DNA of 64,000 bases. Source: Escherichia phage BUCT632. Numbering within the stretch: position 1 is the first letter of the stretch; each line of letters opens with the position of its first letter. Positions 8,762 to 18,892 of this stretch are shown one piece after another. The notes beneath the pieces were generated by a model. The model ran no database searches. It was not told the DNA's origin and saw only the letters and a list, made by a program, of their open reading frames with translations. Position numbers and translations under genes: made by a program. Location of the stretch: sequence record PQ488502.1; one strand, written 5' to 3'.

Positions 8762-11092
8762 ATGAGCCATCGCATTGAAAAAGTAATTAAACGTGACGGT
8801 ACTGTAGAAGACTTTGCTCCTGAAAAACTCAATGGTTGGGCGGAGTATGGTTGCAAAACAGTTGATGTAAGTTGGTCAGCCATTACTATGGCTGCTCAAA
8901 AAACTCTGCCTAAAGGGGTTGTAGATTCCGACACTCTGATGGATGCATTAATTAAAGCTGCTGAAAGTCTTATCAAAGATAATCCAGCATATGATGTGCC
9001 AGCAAAGGAATTACGTCTTGCGCAAATGCGTAAACGCCTTTATGACTCTTTCGAACCACCTTCTCTACGCTTCTTCCATGACCACATGGTTAGCGTAGGT
9101 GCATGGGAAGACATGAGTGCGTGGATTACCGATGAGCAATTTGAAGCTCTGAATCAGGTTATTGACCATGATCGTGACCGTCTTTTTACTAGTGGTGGAC
9201 TGAAGCAGTTCTTTGATAAGTATTCCCGTCGTAACATAGCCACTGGTGAAATTTATGAAACTCCGCAGTTTGCCTACATGGGTATGGCAATGGCGATGTT
9301 ATCTCAACCTAACTGGACAATTCTAGATGCAATCGACCTCTACAACGCAATGTCACTCCACAAAATCAACGTTCCTACGCCGCCACTGGTTGGTCTGCGC
9401 TCTAGTGACCGTGGATTTGCTAGTTGCTGCCTCGTGGATTCCACTGACACGTTGGATTCAATCGACACCGCCGAGCACATCGTCTTCAAAATGGTCGCAG
9501 CCAGAGCGGGAATCGGGTATCATCTTGAAAGCCGATCAATTGCTGATCCGGTGCGAAATGGGGCATTCCCGCATTCCGGAAAACTGCCATATTATCGACA
9601 CATTGACCGCTCAGTAAAGGCCAATACTCAGCAAACTCGTGGTGGTTCTGCCACAGTGTCTTATCCATACTTCGACCCTGAAATCATTCAATTGATGCAG
9701 GTTAAGCAGCAACGTGCTACAGATGAGAATAAAATCGATAAGATGGATTATTCTCTGAGCTTTAACAATCTTTTGTTAAAACGTTATCTTAAAAACGAAG
9801 ATATTACGCTAATGTCATACTTCTATGCTCCAGAAGTTCATGAAGCGTTTTATAGTGATGACGAGGCTAAATTTGAAGAAATCTACGTGGCAGCGGAGAA
9901 ACGTGTGGCATCTCTTACAAAGATCGACCACGAAGGAAAAACAGTTCCAGCAGCTCCTAAAGTCTCTGCAAAAGAAATCCTAGATACTTGGCTACGTATC
10001 CGAATGGAAACAGGACGTATGTATGCGCATCACATCGGGGAATCTAACCGTCACGGTAACTTCCTTGATCCGATCCGTATGACAAACCTTTGTGTTGAAA
10101 TTACTCAGCCTACACGCCCGTTCCATCATATCACAGAACTGTATAAGACAAAAGAGCAGCTTGATCAAATGAAGCCGGAGGATATTGGTGAAGTATCTCT
10201 GTGTAACTTAGGTGGTGTTGTACTTGGACGCATGGAATCTCTGGCTGAGTGGGAAAAAACTTGCTACATCCTTCTGAAATTCGTTGATACAATTATTGAA
10301 ATTCAGGATTATCCGTTCCCAACTATGGAATACACAGCTAAGAAACGTCGTAACGTTGGTATTGGCCTGATGAACGCAGCAGGTGCAATGGCAGCAGAAG
10401 GTCTGGCTTATGAAGGTATTGAAGCCCGTAACTGGATCCACCGTGAGGCTGAAAAACTGTCTTACTTCCTGCATAAAGCCTCTGTACGCCTAGCTAAAGA
10501 ACAGGGTGCATGTGAGTGGTTTGATCGTACTAAACCGTCTAAAGGAATTCTGGTAATCGACACGTACAAGAAAACTGTTGATGAACTGGTATCTGTAGGT
10601 CTAGAAATGGATTGGGAGTCTCTGCGTGCAGATATTCTGAAATATGGTATGCGTAACTCTGTTCTGACTGCTCAGATGCCGGGAGAAAGTTCTTCTGTTC
10701 TGTTAGGTGTTACTAACTCTATCGAACCACCTCGTAAGATTGTATCTATCAAGGGTAGTGCAGTTAATAAAGTAATTGCAATTGCTCCAGGTGCAACTGA
10801 TTGGGAAACGTTAATGAGCTATAAACTGGCTTATGATGTAGATCGTATCGAGTGGATCAAATGGGTAGCAACTATGCAGAAATTCTTCAGTCAGTCTATC
10901 AGTACGAATATGTACTATGACTACACCAAGTTTGAGAATGAAATCATTCCTGGCCCAGTAGTAGTTCGTGATTTCATGACTGCTGTTAAGTATGGGTGGA
11001 AAACTTTCTACTATGCAAACTTCAATACCGCAAATGGTGGAGGTGCTGGAGAAGAAGCAGCCGGTTGTGCATCCGGTGGTTGTACTATTTAA
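8762..11092 (+). CDS. nrdA: ribonucleoside-diphosphate reductase alpha subunit (class Ia)
   Basis: ATP-cone-like N-terminus, catalytic-site motif NLCVEI and C-terminal Cys pair CASGGC; start chosen at MSHRIEK. Confidence 0.9.
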   Translation: MSHRIEKVIKRDGTVEDFAPEKLNGWAEYGCKTVDVSWSAITMAAQKTLPKGVVDSDTLMDALIKAAESLIKDNPAYDVPAKELRLAQMRKRLYDSFEPPSLRFFHDHMVSVGAWEDMSAWITDEQFEALNQVIDHDRDRLFTSGGLKQFFDKYSRRNIATGEIYETPQFAYMGMAMAMLSQPNWTILDAIDLYNAMSLHKINVPTPPLVGLRSSDRGFASCCLVDSTDTLDSIDTAEHIVFKMVAARAGIGYHLESRSIADPVRNGAFPHSGKLPYYRHIDRSVKANTQQTRGGSATVSYPYFDPEIIQLMQVKQQRATDENKIDKMDYSLSFNNLLLKRYLKNEDITLMSYFYAPEVHEAFYSDDEAKFEEIYVAAEKRVASLTKIDHEGKTVPAAPKVSAKEILDTWLRIRMETGRMYAHHIGESNRHGNFLDPIRMTNLCVEITQPTRPFHHITELYKTKEQLDQMKPEDIGEVSLCNLGGVVLGRMESLAEWEKTCYILLKFVDTIIEIQDYPFPTMEYTAKKRRNVGIGLMNAAGAMAAEGLAYEGIEARNWIHREAEKLSYFLHKASVRLAKEQGACEWFDRTKPSKGILVIDTYKKTVDELVSVGLEMDWESLRADILKYGMRNSVLTAQMPGESSSVLLGVTNSIEPPRKIVSIKGSAVNKVIAIAPGATDWETLMSYKLAYDVDRIEWIKWVATMQKFFSQSISTNMYYDYTKFENEIIPGPVVVRDFMTAVKYGWKTFYYANFNTANGGGAGEEAAGCASGGCTI

Positions 11093-11100
11093 TAAAAACA

Positions 11101-11128
11101 AGGAGATCTTCGGGTCTCCTTTTTCTTT
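11101..11128 (+). terminator. rho-independent terminator
   Basis: GGAGATC-TTCG-GGTCTCC hairpin followed by TTTTT. Confidence 0.6.
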
Positions 11129-11138
11129 GAAATTTTAC

Positions 11139-11168
11139 TTGCTAATCGCTACCAGATTTGCTATAATA
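11139..11168 (+). promoter_or_regulatory. sigma70-type early promoter
   Basis: TTGCTA -35 and TATAAT -10, 18 bp spacer. Confidence 0.5.
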
Positions 11169-11198
11169 TTCCTGAAATAGTGAGAAAGAGGAAAATCA

Positions 11199-12344
11199 AT
11201 GACTACTTTACTAAACCTGAATTGGGATCATACTAACGCTGACCTTTTCCTGGGAGATTCTCTCGGTATCGCAGATTATGTACGTGTAGCACATCCAGAA
11301 CTAGAACGTCTGGCACTTCTGCAACGCTCTCAATTTTGGACTGAAACTGAAACCAGTCTGGAAGCAGATAAGAAACAATGGCCTAATCTCCCACGTGAAA
11401 TTCAGGAAATTACACTCCTGAACTTAGCATGGCAGACTCAAACTGATTCCTTTATCAGTCGTGCCCCGGAAGCAGCTATTATGCCGCTTGTAAGTCGTCC
11501 AGAACTAGAGGGTATGCTCAAACAGTGGAGCTACTTCGAAGATCTGCATAGTCGTGCTTATAGCAATATTATCCGTAATGTGCTAACTGATCCAGCAGAA
11601 TTTATTGATTCTGTAACCAAAAACCAAGAAGCATTCGCACGCATCGCTGATTCTGTTGAACTATTCGATGAACTGTACCAGTTAGGTCAGTATTTCATTG
11701 CAGTACGCGATCATCGTGGCGACAATACATATCCAGAAACTGAGTTCCCTGAAGTTAAACGTGAAACTCAGGCTAAGCTATTAGATGCTTACTTTGCAAT
11801 CTACGGTCTGGAAGCAATGCAGTTTTACGCATCCTTTGCATGTACCTTTGCATTAGCAGAGAACGATATTCTGCAAGGTATTGCTAAAAACCTACAATTA
11901 ATCGCTAAAGATGAAGCTCTGCACACTCAGATGTCCAAAGCAATCATCCAGATTATGTTTCAGCAATTTGACAAAGATCTGGTAGATGAAGCAGTGGCTA
12001 AAGCACCAGCACAGCTCTTAAAAACTCTGAAAACTGAAATTGAATGGGGTCATTTCATTTTCAAAGGTCGTAGTCTGATTGGTTTGAACGCAGAACTTCT
12101 AGAAGAGTACCTATATTTTGTGGGACGTAATGCGTTTATGCACATTGGTGTAGAATGGCCTAGTCATTTACCAGTAATCACCAAAAACCCTATTCCGTGG
12201 ATCATGAACTGGTTGGATACCACTTCTTTACAGCCTGCTCCACAAGAAATCCAGATTGGTGCAGCCTACCGTGTAGGTCAGGTAACTGAGACCTCTACGG
12301 ATACTCTGAAAGATCTGGGCAATGAATTTGGAGATTTCTTATGA
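11199..12344 (+). CDS. nrdB: ribonucleoside-diphosphate reductase beta subunit
   Basis: 381 aa; di-iron/tyrosyl radical protein motif order, immediately downstream of nrdA. Confidence 0.9.
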   Translation: MTTLLNLNWDHTNADLFLGDSLGIADYVRVAHPELERLALLQRSQFWTETETSLEADKKQWPNLPREIQEITLLNLAWQTQTDSFISRAPEAAIMPLVSRPELEGMLKQWSYFEDLHSRAYSNIIRNVLTDPAEFIDSVTKNQEAFARIADSVELFDELYQLGQYFIAVRDHRGDNTYPETEFPEVKRETQAKLLDAYFAIYGLEAMQFYASFACTFALAENDILQGIAKNLQLIAKDEALHTQMSKAIIQIMFQQFDKDLVDEAVAKAPAQLLKTLKTEIEWGHFIFKGRSLIGLNAELLEEYLYFVGRNAFMHIGVEWPSHLPVITKNPIPWIMNWLDTTSLQPAPQEIQIGAAYRVGQVTETSTDTLKDLGNEFGDFL

Positions 12345-12874
12345 TAACGGCATTATATGCAGTTGGGCCGAATGGGGAGTTCGGCCTCCGAGGTAAACTC
12401 CCCTGGGGTTCCTTCAAAGAAGAACTAGATGCTTTCTACTCTCAACTGGACGTGTTGAACCCAGATAACATCATCATTGGTGCGGGTACTTATTTAGCAC
12501 TTCCAGAAGTTGTTCGGCAACGTATGATTGGAGAATCTGACCTCTTTATTCGTGCGGATCGTCCTCTGCCTGATGATATTAAACATGGTATTTACACTCC
12601 AATTTCTAAGATTGGGGATACATTACCTACATTCTTAAAAGATCAACAGACAGTGGTTTTAGGTGGCGCAACATTACTGTACGAAATGTATATTCATGGA
12701 CATATTGAAAGTGCTTTTGTATCAACAATCTTTAGTAATCAAAAACTAGAGGCAGATGTACATCTGGATAATATGATTCTAGATTACAACTATGAATCTA
12801 CTCGTTTAGTTTACGCAACCGGCGCAAACAGTGATAACAGCCTGCGATTTGTACAGGAATTGGTTACTTATTAA
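12341..12874 (+). CDS. frd: dihydrofolate reductase
   Basis: N-terminal DHFR signature ...[10 protein letters not shown]...LPW...; ATGA overlap with nrdB. Confidence 0.85.
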   Translation: MITALYAVGPNGEFGLRGKLPWGSFKEELDAFYSQLDVLNPDNIIIGAGTYLALPEVVRQRMIGESDLFIRADRPLPDDIKHGIYTPISKIGDTLPTFLKDQQTVVLGGATLLYEMYIHGHIESAFVSTIFSNQKLEADVHLDNMILDYNYESTRLVYATGANSDNSLRFVQELVTY

Positions 12875-13728
12875 TGGATCAGTATATCGAAGTTGGAAAA
12901 CGTATTCTATCAGAAGGTCAGTGGGTAACGAACCCTAGAACAGGGGTTCGTTGCCTCACTATTATTGACGCAGACTTTACTTTTAACGTGGGTGCAGGGG
13001 AATTTCCACTTATTACTACTCGTAAGGCGTTTGCAAAACAAGCAATAATGGAAATGATTGGGTATCTACGTGGGTATGACTCAGCAGCACAATTCCGCGC
13101 TATTGGTGTTAACACATGGAATGCTAATGCAAATGAAAACTTAGCTTGGCTAGACAATCAATACCGTAAAGGTGAGGATGATATGGGACGAGTCTATGGT
13201 GTTCAAGGACGTCAGTGGACTAATTCCGATGGTCTTATGTTTGACCAACTAGCCAAGATTTATCATAACCTGAAGAAGGGCATTGATGATCGTGGGGAAA
13301 TTCTAACATTCTGGAATCCGGGAGAGTTCTCAAAGGGTTGCTTACGTCCATGTATGCACACTCATCAATTCTCTATTTTGGGAGATACATTATACCTGAA
13401 CTCTTTCCAGAGATCTAATGACTTCCTGTTAGGCCAAGTATTTAACATGGTTCAGTGCTATACGCTTCTAGCATTAATGGCACAGATTACAGGTCTTAAA
13501 CCAGGAATTGCACGCCAGAAGATTATCAATCTTCATATCTATGAGGATCAGTATAATGTTTTGATGGAGCATAAGCAATTCGATCGTGAACCTTTTGCGC
13601 ATCCTACTCTAGAAATCAATCCAAACATCCGAACTCTGGAGGATGTATTGACCTGGGTAAGTAAGGATGATTTTACTGTTCGTGGTTACGAACACCACCC
13701 TGCTATTGCATATCCATTCACTGTGTAA
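12874..13728 (+). CDS. thyA: thymidylate synthase
   Basis: 284 aa; ThyA-like motifs including catalytic Cys region [10 protein letters not shown]. Confidence 0.85.
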   Translation: MDQYIEVGKRILSEGQWVTNPRTGVRCLTIIDADFTFNVGAGEFPLITTRKAFAKQAIMEMIGYLRGYDSAAQFRAIGVNTWNANANENLAWLDNQYRKGEDDMGRVYGVQGRQWTNSDGLMFDQLAKIYHNLKKGIDDRGEILTFWNPGEFSKGCLRPCMHTHQFSILGDTLYLNSFQRSNDFLLGQVFNMVQCYTLLALMAQITGLKPGIARQKIINLHIYEDQYNVLMEHKQFDREPFAHPTLEINPNIRTLEDVLTWVSKDDFTVRGYEHHPAIAYPFTV

Positions 13729-13735
13729 TTTAAAT

Positions 13736-13758
13736 AGCCCTTCGGGGCTATTATATTT
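13736..13758 (+). terminator. rho-independent terminator
   Basis: AGCCC-TTCG-GGGCT hairpin plus T-rich tail. Confidence 0.55.
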
Positions 13759-13768
13759 GAAATTGTAT

Positions 13769-13798
13769 TTGCTTATTAAGTACAATTTCAAATATAAT
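13769..13798 (+). promoter_or_regulatory. sigma70-type early promoter inside palindrome
   Basis: TTGCTT-18-TATAAT embedded in inverted repeat TTTGAAATTGTA/TACAATTTCAAA. Confidence 0.45.
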
Positions 13799-13827
13799 AT
13801 ACTCAATAAGTACAAAAGGATAATAAA

Positions 13828-14211
13828 ATGAGTAAAGAAATTGAATTAGAACAAGCCCTTCTGAGTTACTCCAATTACTTGCAGAGTGATAAAGAAACTA
13901 TTACTAAGGAACAGGTATTATTAATACTAGACTCTATCACTTCTAAATTCAGGACTTTAGAAGACTACTACTCTGTAGGCAATGGAGATGAGAAGGTAGA
14001 GTTACGTCTAAATCTTCTAGAAGATATGGGTTGGGACGAGGAAGATCAATTAGGACATTTAGGTATATCTACAGAAATTCTAGAAAATACAGAGTATGAA
14101 AATATACTTGAAGTAAAGAGCAGAAGTGCTATTCGATATAATACTTATGGTACAGGTATTACAGGAATAAAAGCATTACTTAGTATAGACATAGGATGGT
14201 TAGATGAATAA
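13828..14211 (+). CDS. hypothetical protein
   Basis: 127 aa ORF with RBS. Confidence 0.5.
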   Translation: MSKEIELEQALLSYSNYLQSDKETITKEQVLLILDSITSKFRTLEDYYSVGNGDEKVELRLNLLEDMGWDEEDQLGHLGISTEILENTEYENILEVKSRSAIRYNTYGTGITGIKALLSIDIGWLDE

Positions 14212-14752
14212 AAAGTTACCTAGCCAAGAAAGATTAAAAGAATTATTAATCTATGATCCAGATACCGGTATATTTACTAATAAGGTAAGTCGTGGTAGGG
14301 GAGGAAAAGCAGGTTCACCCGCTGGATACCTAAGAAAAGATGGCTATATAACTATTAAGATAGATAAAATAGATTATTTAGCACATAGACTAGCCTTTCT
14401 ATACATGACAGGATCAATACCAGATTTAATAGACCACAAAAATAGGATTAGGTCAGATAATAGGTGGATAAACCTAAGAGAAGCTACAAGCCAGTCTAAT
14501 AATAGAAACTGTACCGCATCGAGTAAATCTGGATATCTAGGTGTACACTGGAACAAACAATTGCAGAAATGGCAAGTACAGGTGATTGATAATAATGGTA
14601 AAAATATTTACGGGGGTGTTTTTGACTACTTAGACCTAGAAAGTGCGGTCATAAAGGCTAATGAACTAAGAAAAACACTTCATGGTAGCGAAGCTGTTAT
14701 AGAAGATTTCTATACCAACTATTACCCACCAATAGAGGAACTTAATAAGTGA
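14204..14752 (+). CDS. HNH homing endonuclease-like protein
   Basis: HNH-like motif DHKNRIRSDNRWINLREAT plus AP2-like segment YLGVHWNK. Confidence 0.7.
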   Translation: MNKKLPSQERLKELLIYDPDTGIFTNKVSRGRGGKAGSPAGYLRKDGYITIKIDKIDYLAHRLAFLYMTGSIPDLIDHKNRIRSDNRWINLREATSQSNNRNCTASSKSGYLGVHWNKQLQKWQVQVIDNNGKNIYGGVFDYLDLESAVIKANELRKTLHGSEAVIEDFYTNYYPPIEELNK

Positions 14753-15225
14753 GCGTTTTCCACATTTACACAGATGGTGCTTGTAAGTCTAACCCAGGTC
14801 CAGGTGCTTGGGGTTTTATTGTCTATGATGATAACGACGATCGTTTAGGTTCTAAATCTGGTTATAATCCTAAAACTACAAATAATGAGATGGAACTCAC
14901 AGCTATTGTAGAAGCTCTACGTTGGTCTGTTAAAAAAGATAATAGACCGATTGCTATCTATACTGACTCTGCTTATTGCAAAAATGGTATGGAAAGTTGG
15001 ATGTTTTCTTGGCAAAGGAAAGGTTGGAAGAAAGCAGATGGTGAAGTTCCTCTTAATCTAGAACTTTGGCAGGAAGCATTTAAATTAACACAGCAGTATA
15101 TCAACTTTCATAACACTAACCCTACCTTTATTAAGGTTAAAGGACATTCTGGTATTAGTGGTAATGAAGCTGTAGATGCCTTATGTAATACAGTTATTAC
15201 TGAAGCTGAAATGGCTGAGATGTGA
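14749..15225 (+). CDS. rnhA: ribonuclease H
   Basis: RNase H N-terminal IYTDGAC...GPGAWG and catalytic-residue spacing. Confidence 0.8.
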   Translation: MSVFHIYTDGACKSNPGPGAWGFIVYDDNDDRLGSKSGYNPKTTNNEMELTAIVEALRWSVKKDNRPIAIYTDSAYCKNGMESWMFSWQRKGWKKADGEVPLNLELWQEAFKLTQQYINFHNTNPTFIKVKGHSGISGNEAVDALCNTVITEAEMAEM

Positions 15226-15245
15226 TAAATAAACTAAAAATTTTC

Positions 15246-15274
15246 TTGCTTAAAACCCTCTAATTTAGTATAAT
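15246..15274 (+). promoter_or_regulatory. T5-type early promoter cassette
   Basis: AAAATTTTCTTGCTT..17..TATAAT. Confidence 0.6.
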
Positions 15275-15301
15275 ATTCGTATTGAAAGTGAGGAGGGCTT
15301 T

Positions 15302-15580
15302 ATGCGAATTTATAACTCAAATTCATTAGGGTTTAAACCATTGAGAAAACGTGCACAATCACCTCGTAAAATAAGAAAGGCTAATATTGGTGAGCCAGAA
15401 ACACGTCTTCCACCTCCACCAGAACAACGTTTAGTTTACCTGGATGAAGAATTAGCTGAACGCGAAAGAAAAGCTCAAGAAGAGATTGAGCGTAAGAAAA
15501 TGTGTACTGCTCCAGCGTATAATAAAGGGGCGTATCAATATGTCTCAGATGCCGAACAAGCTAAGATGGTTGGTAGATAA
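15302..15580 (+). CDS. hypothetical protein
   Basis: 92 aa ORF after promoter and GAGGAGG RBS. Confidence 0.5.
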   Translation: MRIYNSNSLGFKPLRKRAQSPRKIRKANIGEPETRLPPPPEQRLVYLDEELAERERKAQEEIERKKMCTAPAYNKGAYQYVSDAEQAKMVGR

Positions 15581-15596
15581 TTTTTAAAAAATTCAT

Positions 15597-15625
15597 TTGC
15601 TAAACGCTTCAAATTCTCGTATAAT
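15597..15625 (+). promoter_or_regulatory. T5-type early promoter cassette
   Basis: AAAAAATTCATTTGCTA..17..TATAAT..CATAAATTGATAAAC. Confidence 0.65.
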
Positions 15626-15663
15626 ATACTTCATAAATTGATAAACAAAAAGGAAAATAAATA

Positions 15664-16179
15664 ATGGCTAAGCAGAAAACCGCAAAAACTCAAGCAGCTC
15701 CGGCAGTTAAAACTTTCCCGCAGACCGAGGCTAATCGCAAAGCTCGTCTGGAACGCCACCTGCGTAAGCATCCTACCGATGCTCAGGCTGCTCAAGCACT
15801 GAATAATCCGGCTCCGATTCGTCAGAAGCCTAAGGCTAAAAATGCCACACGTCAATTCTACAAAATGGTTATGTATGTAGAAAATTACGGCCACAAATCT
15901 GTCCCAGTTTCCCTGAGCTTCAACGCTGGGGCTGAATTGTTCTCTCGTAATGGTATGTCTATGAAAGACTATGAAAAGGCAGTTAACCAGAAGCGTAAAC
16001 CAACAGCAGATGTATTGCGTGATACTCGTGGACAGTTTGGCTCTGTTAAACCAAATATCTTTGGCGTAGAGTATAGTAAAGATAATGTTCGTGCTCTGTG
16101 TTACGGTGTAGGCATTAAGTTCACGGGTGATTCTGCTCGTAAATCTGCTAAACCAGCTCGTAAGCGTAAAGCGAAGTAA
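15664..16179 (+). CDS. hypothetical basic protein
   Basis: 171 aa Lys/Arg/Ala-rich ORF. Confidence 0.55.
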   Translation: MAKQKTAKTQAAPAVKTFPQTEANRKARLERHLRKHPTDAQAAQALNNPAPIRQKPKAKNATRQFYKMVMYVENYGHKSVPVSLSFNAGAELFSRNGMSMKDYEKAVNQKRKPTADVLRDTRGQFGSVKPNIFGVEYSKDNVRALCYGVGIKFTGDSARKSAKPARKRKAK

Positions 16180-16188
16180 TAGATAAAT

Positions 16189-16212
16189 AGGGGCGAAAGC
16201 CCCTCTTATTTG
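16189..16212 (+). terminator. rho-independent terminator
   Basis: AGGGGC-GAAA-GCCCCT hairpin plus T-rich tail. Confidence 0.6.
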
Positions 16213-16220
16213 GAGAGACT

Positions 16221-16457
16221 ATGCGTAATTTTGTAGCAAAGAATGATTTTAACCGTGCTAGCACTCATAAGTCCGCTAGAGATTACACGCGACTTTCTAG
16301 TCATGAGGTAATGGACACCTGTTATGAAGAGCTGGAAGGTAGCTGGAATGAATGGCCCGACTTCTCTATGGAAGAGAACTGGGATGTCAGTGAGGATATG
16401 CTTCCTGGTTTTAAAGACCCCAAGAAGTGGGAGTCTATTAAAGAGACAGCTCTTTAA
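16221..16457 (+). CDS. hypothetical protein
   Basis: 78 aa acidic ORF. Confidence 0.45.
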   Translation: MRNFVAKNDFNRASTHKSARDYTRLSSHEVMDTCYEELEGSWNEWPDFSMEENWDVSEDMLPGFKDPKKWESIKETAL

Positions 16458-16485
16458 TAGTTTTCTACACAATAAAGGATAAGTT

Positions 16486-17187
16486 ATGAAAGTAAAACCA
16501 TTTGGTATGCTAGATATTGAATCTCTAGGAACTCCAGGAGATTGTGGTACTACTCATATCGCAATGCCTTCATTCGCTTTTGTAGCTATGCATGGAATTG
16601 ATAAAGACCCTGGTCTAGTATTTGTTACTTTGGATGTACAAGATCAGCTTAATTCTGGTGCTAAAGTTACAGCGTCTACTCTAGCATTCTGGATGGATCA
16701 AGCTAAGCATAGCCCGTCTGCTATCCACATTATGGAAGCTATGAACGAGCGTAATCCAAAGCTGATTGCATTCCAAAACGGTAAACATCATTGTACTAGT
16801 AAACTCGGCTCTAACTATGCTGCCTACTCTAAGGCCCAAAATATTATGGAGTTGGCTCTAGGCGATAATGCTTTGTATTATGGCAACGGCCCAGAGTTCG
16901 ATATGACTATCTACTCTGCAAACACTTTCCATGCTGGAACCAATGAAGAAATAGTTCCGTGGAAATTCTGGAACTTGGGTAATGTTCGATCTCTTCGTAA
17001 TCTCTGGATGCAAACTGGCTATAGTTATAAAGCTCTAGAAACCGAAGCTATTAGCTGGGCAATAGCTAAAATGGAGAAAATGGACACTATTCGTTATGGG
17101 ATCTATCCGGTTAAGCATGATCCAGCATTCGATGCCTTAGTTGAGAGCTATTGTGTTGCAGCTATGATCGAAAAAATGAAAATTTGA
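16486..17187 (+). CDS. putative DEDD-type 3'-5' exonuclease
   Basis: N-terminal GMLDIESLG resembles DnaQ-like exo motif I (D-x-E). Confidence 0.45.
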   Translation: MKVKPFGMLDIESLGTPGDCGTTHIAMPSFAFVAMHGIDKDPGLVFVTLDVQDQLNSGAKVTASTLAFWMDQAKHSPSAIHIMEAMNERNPKLIAFQNGKHHCTSKLGSNYAAYSKAQNIMELALGDNALYYGNGPEFDMTIYSANTFHAGTNEEIVPWKFWNLGNVRSLRNLWMQTGYSYKALETEAISWAIAKMEKMDTIRYGIYPVKHDPAFDALVESYCVAAMIEKMKI

Positions 17188-17188
17188 T

Positions 17189-17217
17189 TTGCTTTCGGCT
17201 CCAAAATTCTGTATAAT
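17189..17217 (+). promoter_or_regulatory. T5-type early promoter cassette
   Basis: TTGCTT-17-TATAAT then CATAAATTTGAGAAAAC leader. Confidence 0.65.
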
Positions 17218-17257
17218 ATATTCATAAATTTGAGAAAACAATAAAAGGAAAACAAAT

Positions 17258-17440
17258 ATGCCAGTATCTAAAAATGTTCGTAAAAATGGTAAGAAAGCTA
17301 CTCGTAATCTGGGTATCCGTCGTATGGCTGAACGTCAATCAGGTATCCAGAAAATCTTTGATCTGCTAAATCGTGCTAATCCTAAAATTGATAACAGTAA
17401 CGATACTGTTCTGCGCACTCTGCTGGCAATTGGTCTGTAA
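17258..17440 (+). CDS. hypothetical protein
   Basis: 60 aa basic ORF after promoter cassette. Confidence 0.5.
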   Translation: MPVSKNVRKNGKKATRNLGIRRMAERQSGIQKIFDLLNRANPKIDNSNDTVLRTLLAIGL

Positions 17441-17493
17441 TAGACCAAATTTAAACAAATTCAAATCTCAAACTTCATATAAGGAAGCAAATA

Positions 17494-18132
17494 ATGACTA
17501 CTCGTATTTCTAAAACTCGCGCTCTGGCAACTATCAAATCTCTGGAAGCTAAAATCCGTAAAGCTACTGAACAACAGCTTCTGATCGCTGTTGGTGAAGG
17601 TAAGGATAAAAATAAGGTTGTAGTTGGCGCTGCAATCGAAGTAGATGACCTGTCTACCCGTATTAAGACTGATTTCCAATCTCTGCTGGATATGATGTCC
17701 CAGCGTGATCGTATCAAAGCTGCTCTGATTAAGAGCAATGCAGAAACAATCGTTGAGATTGGTTCTCGTAAAATGACTGTTGCGGAAGCAATTGAAGCTA
17801 AGCGTTCTATGGAGCTTAAAGCTCAACTGCTGGCTAACATGCGTAAGCAGTTCCATGCCGCTACGGTTAAGTTTAATACGCAGAAAGCACAGTTTGATGC
17901 TAAATATGAGCGTTTGCAGGATAGCATGGCTACCCGCGATAAGAAAACTTCCGAAGATGAAGTTAAAATGCAGCTCAACCTGCTGGAACTCAAGAATACT
18001 CCATTCTTGATTGATCCTCTGGAACTGGAGAAGCTGATTAAGCAGCATGACGAGGAATACCAGGACTTTGCAACAAATGTTGACTTTGTTCTGTCCGAGT
18101 CTAACGCTTCTACCTTCATTGAAGTAGAGTAA
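17494..18132 (+). CDS. hypothetical coiled-coil protein
   Basis: 212 aa, heptad-like charged sequence, RBS AAGGAAG; preferred over antisense shadow ORF. Confidence 0.55.
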   Translation: MTTRISKTRALATIKSLEAKIRKATEQQLLIAVGEGKDKNKVVVGAAIEVDDLSTRIKTDFQSLLDMMSQRDRIKAALIKSNAETIVEIGSRKMTVAEAIEAKRSMELKAQLLANMRKQFHAATVKFNTQKAQFDAKYERLQDSMATRDKKTSEDEVKMQLNLLELKNTPFLIDPLELEKLIKQHDEEYQDFATNVDFVLSESNASTFIEVE

Positions 18133-18515
18133 TAATTTAAAAGCTAGTAAATCGGTAGACGAAAGCCCAAGCATCTTACCTCGCAGCAGCGGTTGAAATA
18201 CGAGGTTAAATAAGACCGCTGACCATACTATAAAGTATAATCTATTGGAGATTATGTTTATTACACCAGCCTTTTAAGCTGACACGTAAGAACAAAGCGT
18301 CGTTGATATTACCGACACAACTTCAAAGATAAACATTTAAGTATGAAAGCTGAAAAGTTTAAAGAACTCAAACTTCTAAACTTCTAAAGCTAAAAGATGC
18401 AAAGTATTCGTTGATGATTCAAACCCTAGATCAAAGGTACATGGCTCATAAGATATGGCCTGTGGCGCCTCTAGGCTGTTTATCGGTTTACTAGTTTCAC
18501 AATTTAAAAATGTAT

Positions 18516-18544
18516 TTGCTAATTTACTAAGTTATCTGTATAAT
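18516..18544 (+). promoter_or_regulatory. T5-type early promoter cassette
   Basis: TTGCTA-17-TATAAT with A-rich upstream element. Confidence 0.6.
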
Positions 18545-18574
18545 ATATTTTTAAATTGATGAAACGAGGCTATT

Positions 18575-18892
18575 ATGACTTTTCATATTTTGATTGATGA
18601 TGTGCGTAATCTTCACGGAATGGACATTATCATTCGAACCCCAGAAGCCGCTGTAGAGTTTCTGAATAAAACTGATACCACAGGCCATTTCGTTTATATG
18701 GATAATGACTTGGCTGTAGATGGTATGGAAGGTTATCAAATTCTTCGTTTACTCTTAGAATTTGGGCAGAGACCAAAGAAAGTGGTACTAGTAACCTCGA
18801 ACCCAGTAGCTAAGCAAAATATGCGTAATGATTTGCTTGACTTAGGGTATAAAGAAAATCCCAATCGTGTTGAATATGATTGGCAGGAGTAA
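18575..18892 (+). CDS. hypothetical protein
   Basis: 105 aa ORF. Confidence 0.5.
   Translation: MTFHILIDDVRNLHGMDIIIRTPEAAVEFLNKTDTTGHFVYMDNDLAVDGMEGYQILRLLLEFGQRPKKVVLVTSNPVAKQNMRNDLLDLGYKENPNRVEYDWQE

Noticed and set aside
9327-10474. Internal and antisense ORFs within nrdA (9327..9617, 9486..9668, 10208..10474, 10811..11101)
   Set aside because: Nested within or antisense to the well-supported nrdA reading frame.
17461-18174. 237-aa minus-strand ORF antisense to the 212-aa plus-strand gene
   Set aside because: Shadow ORF: leucine/serine-rich composition typical of antisense frames, no promoter or RBS context, whereas the plus-strand gene follows the conserved promoter/RBS cassette.
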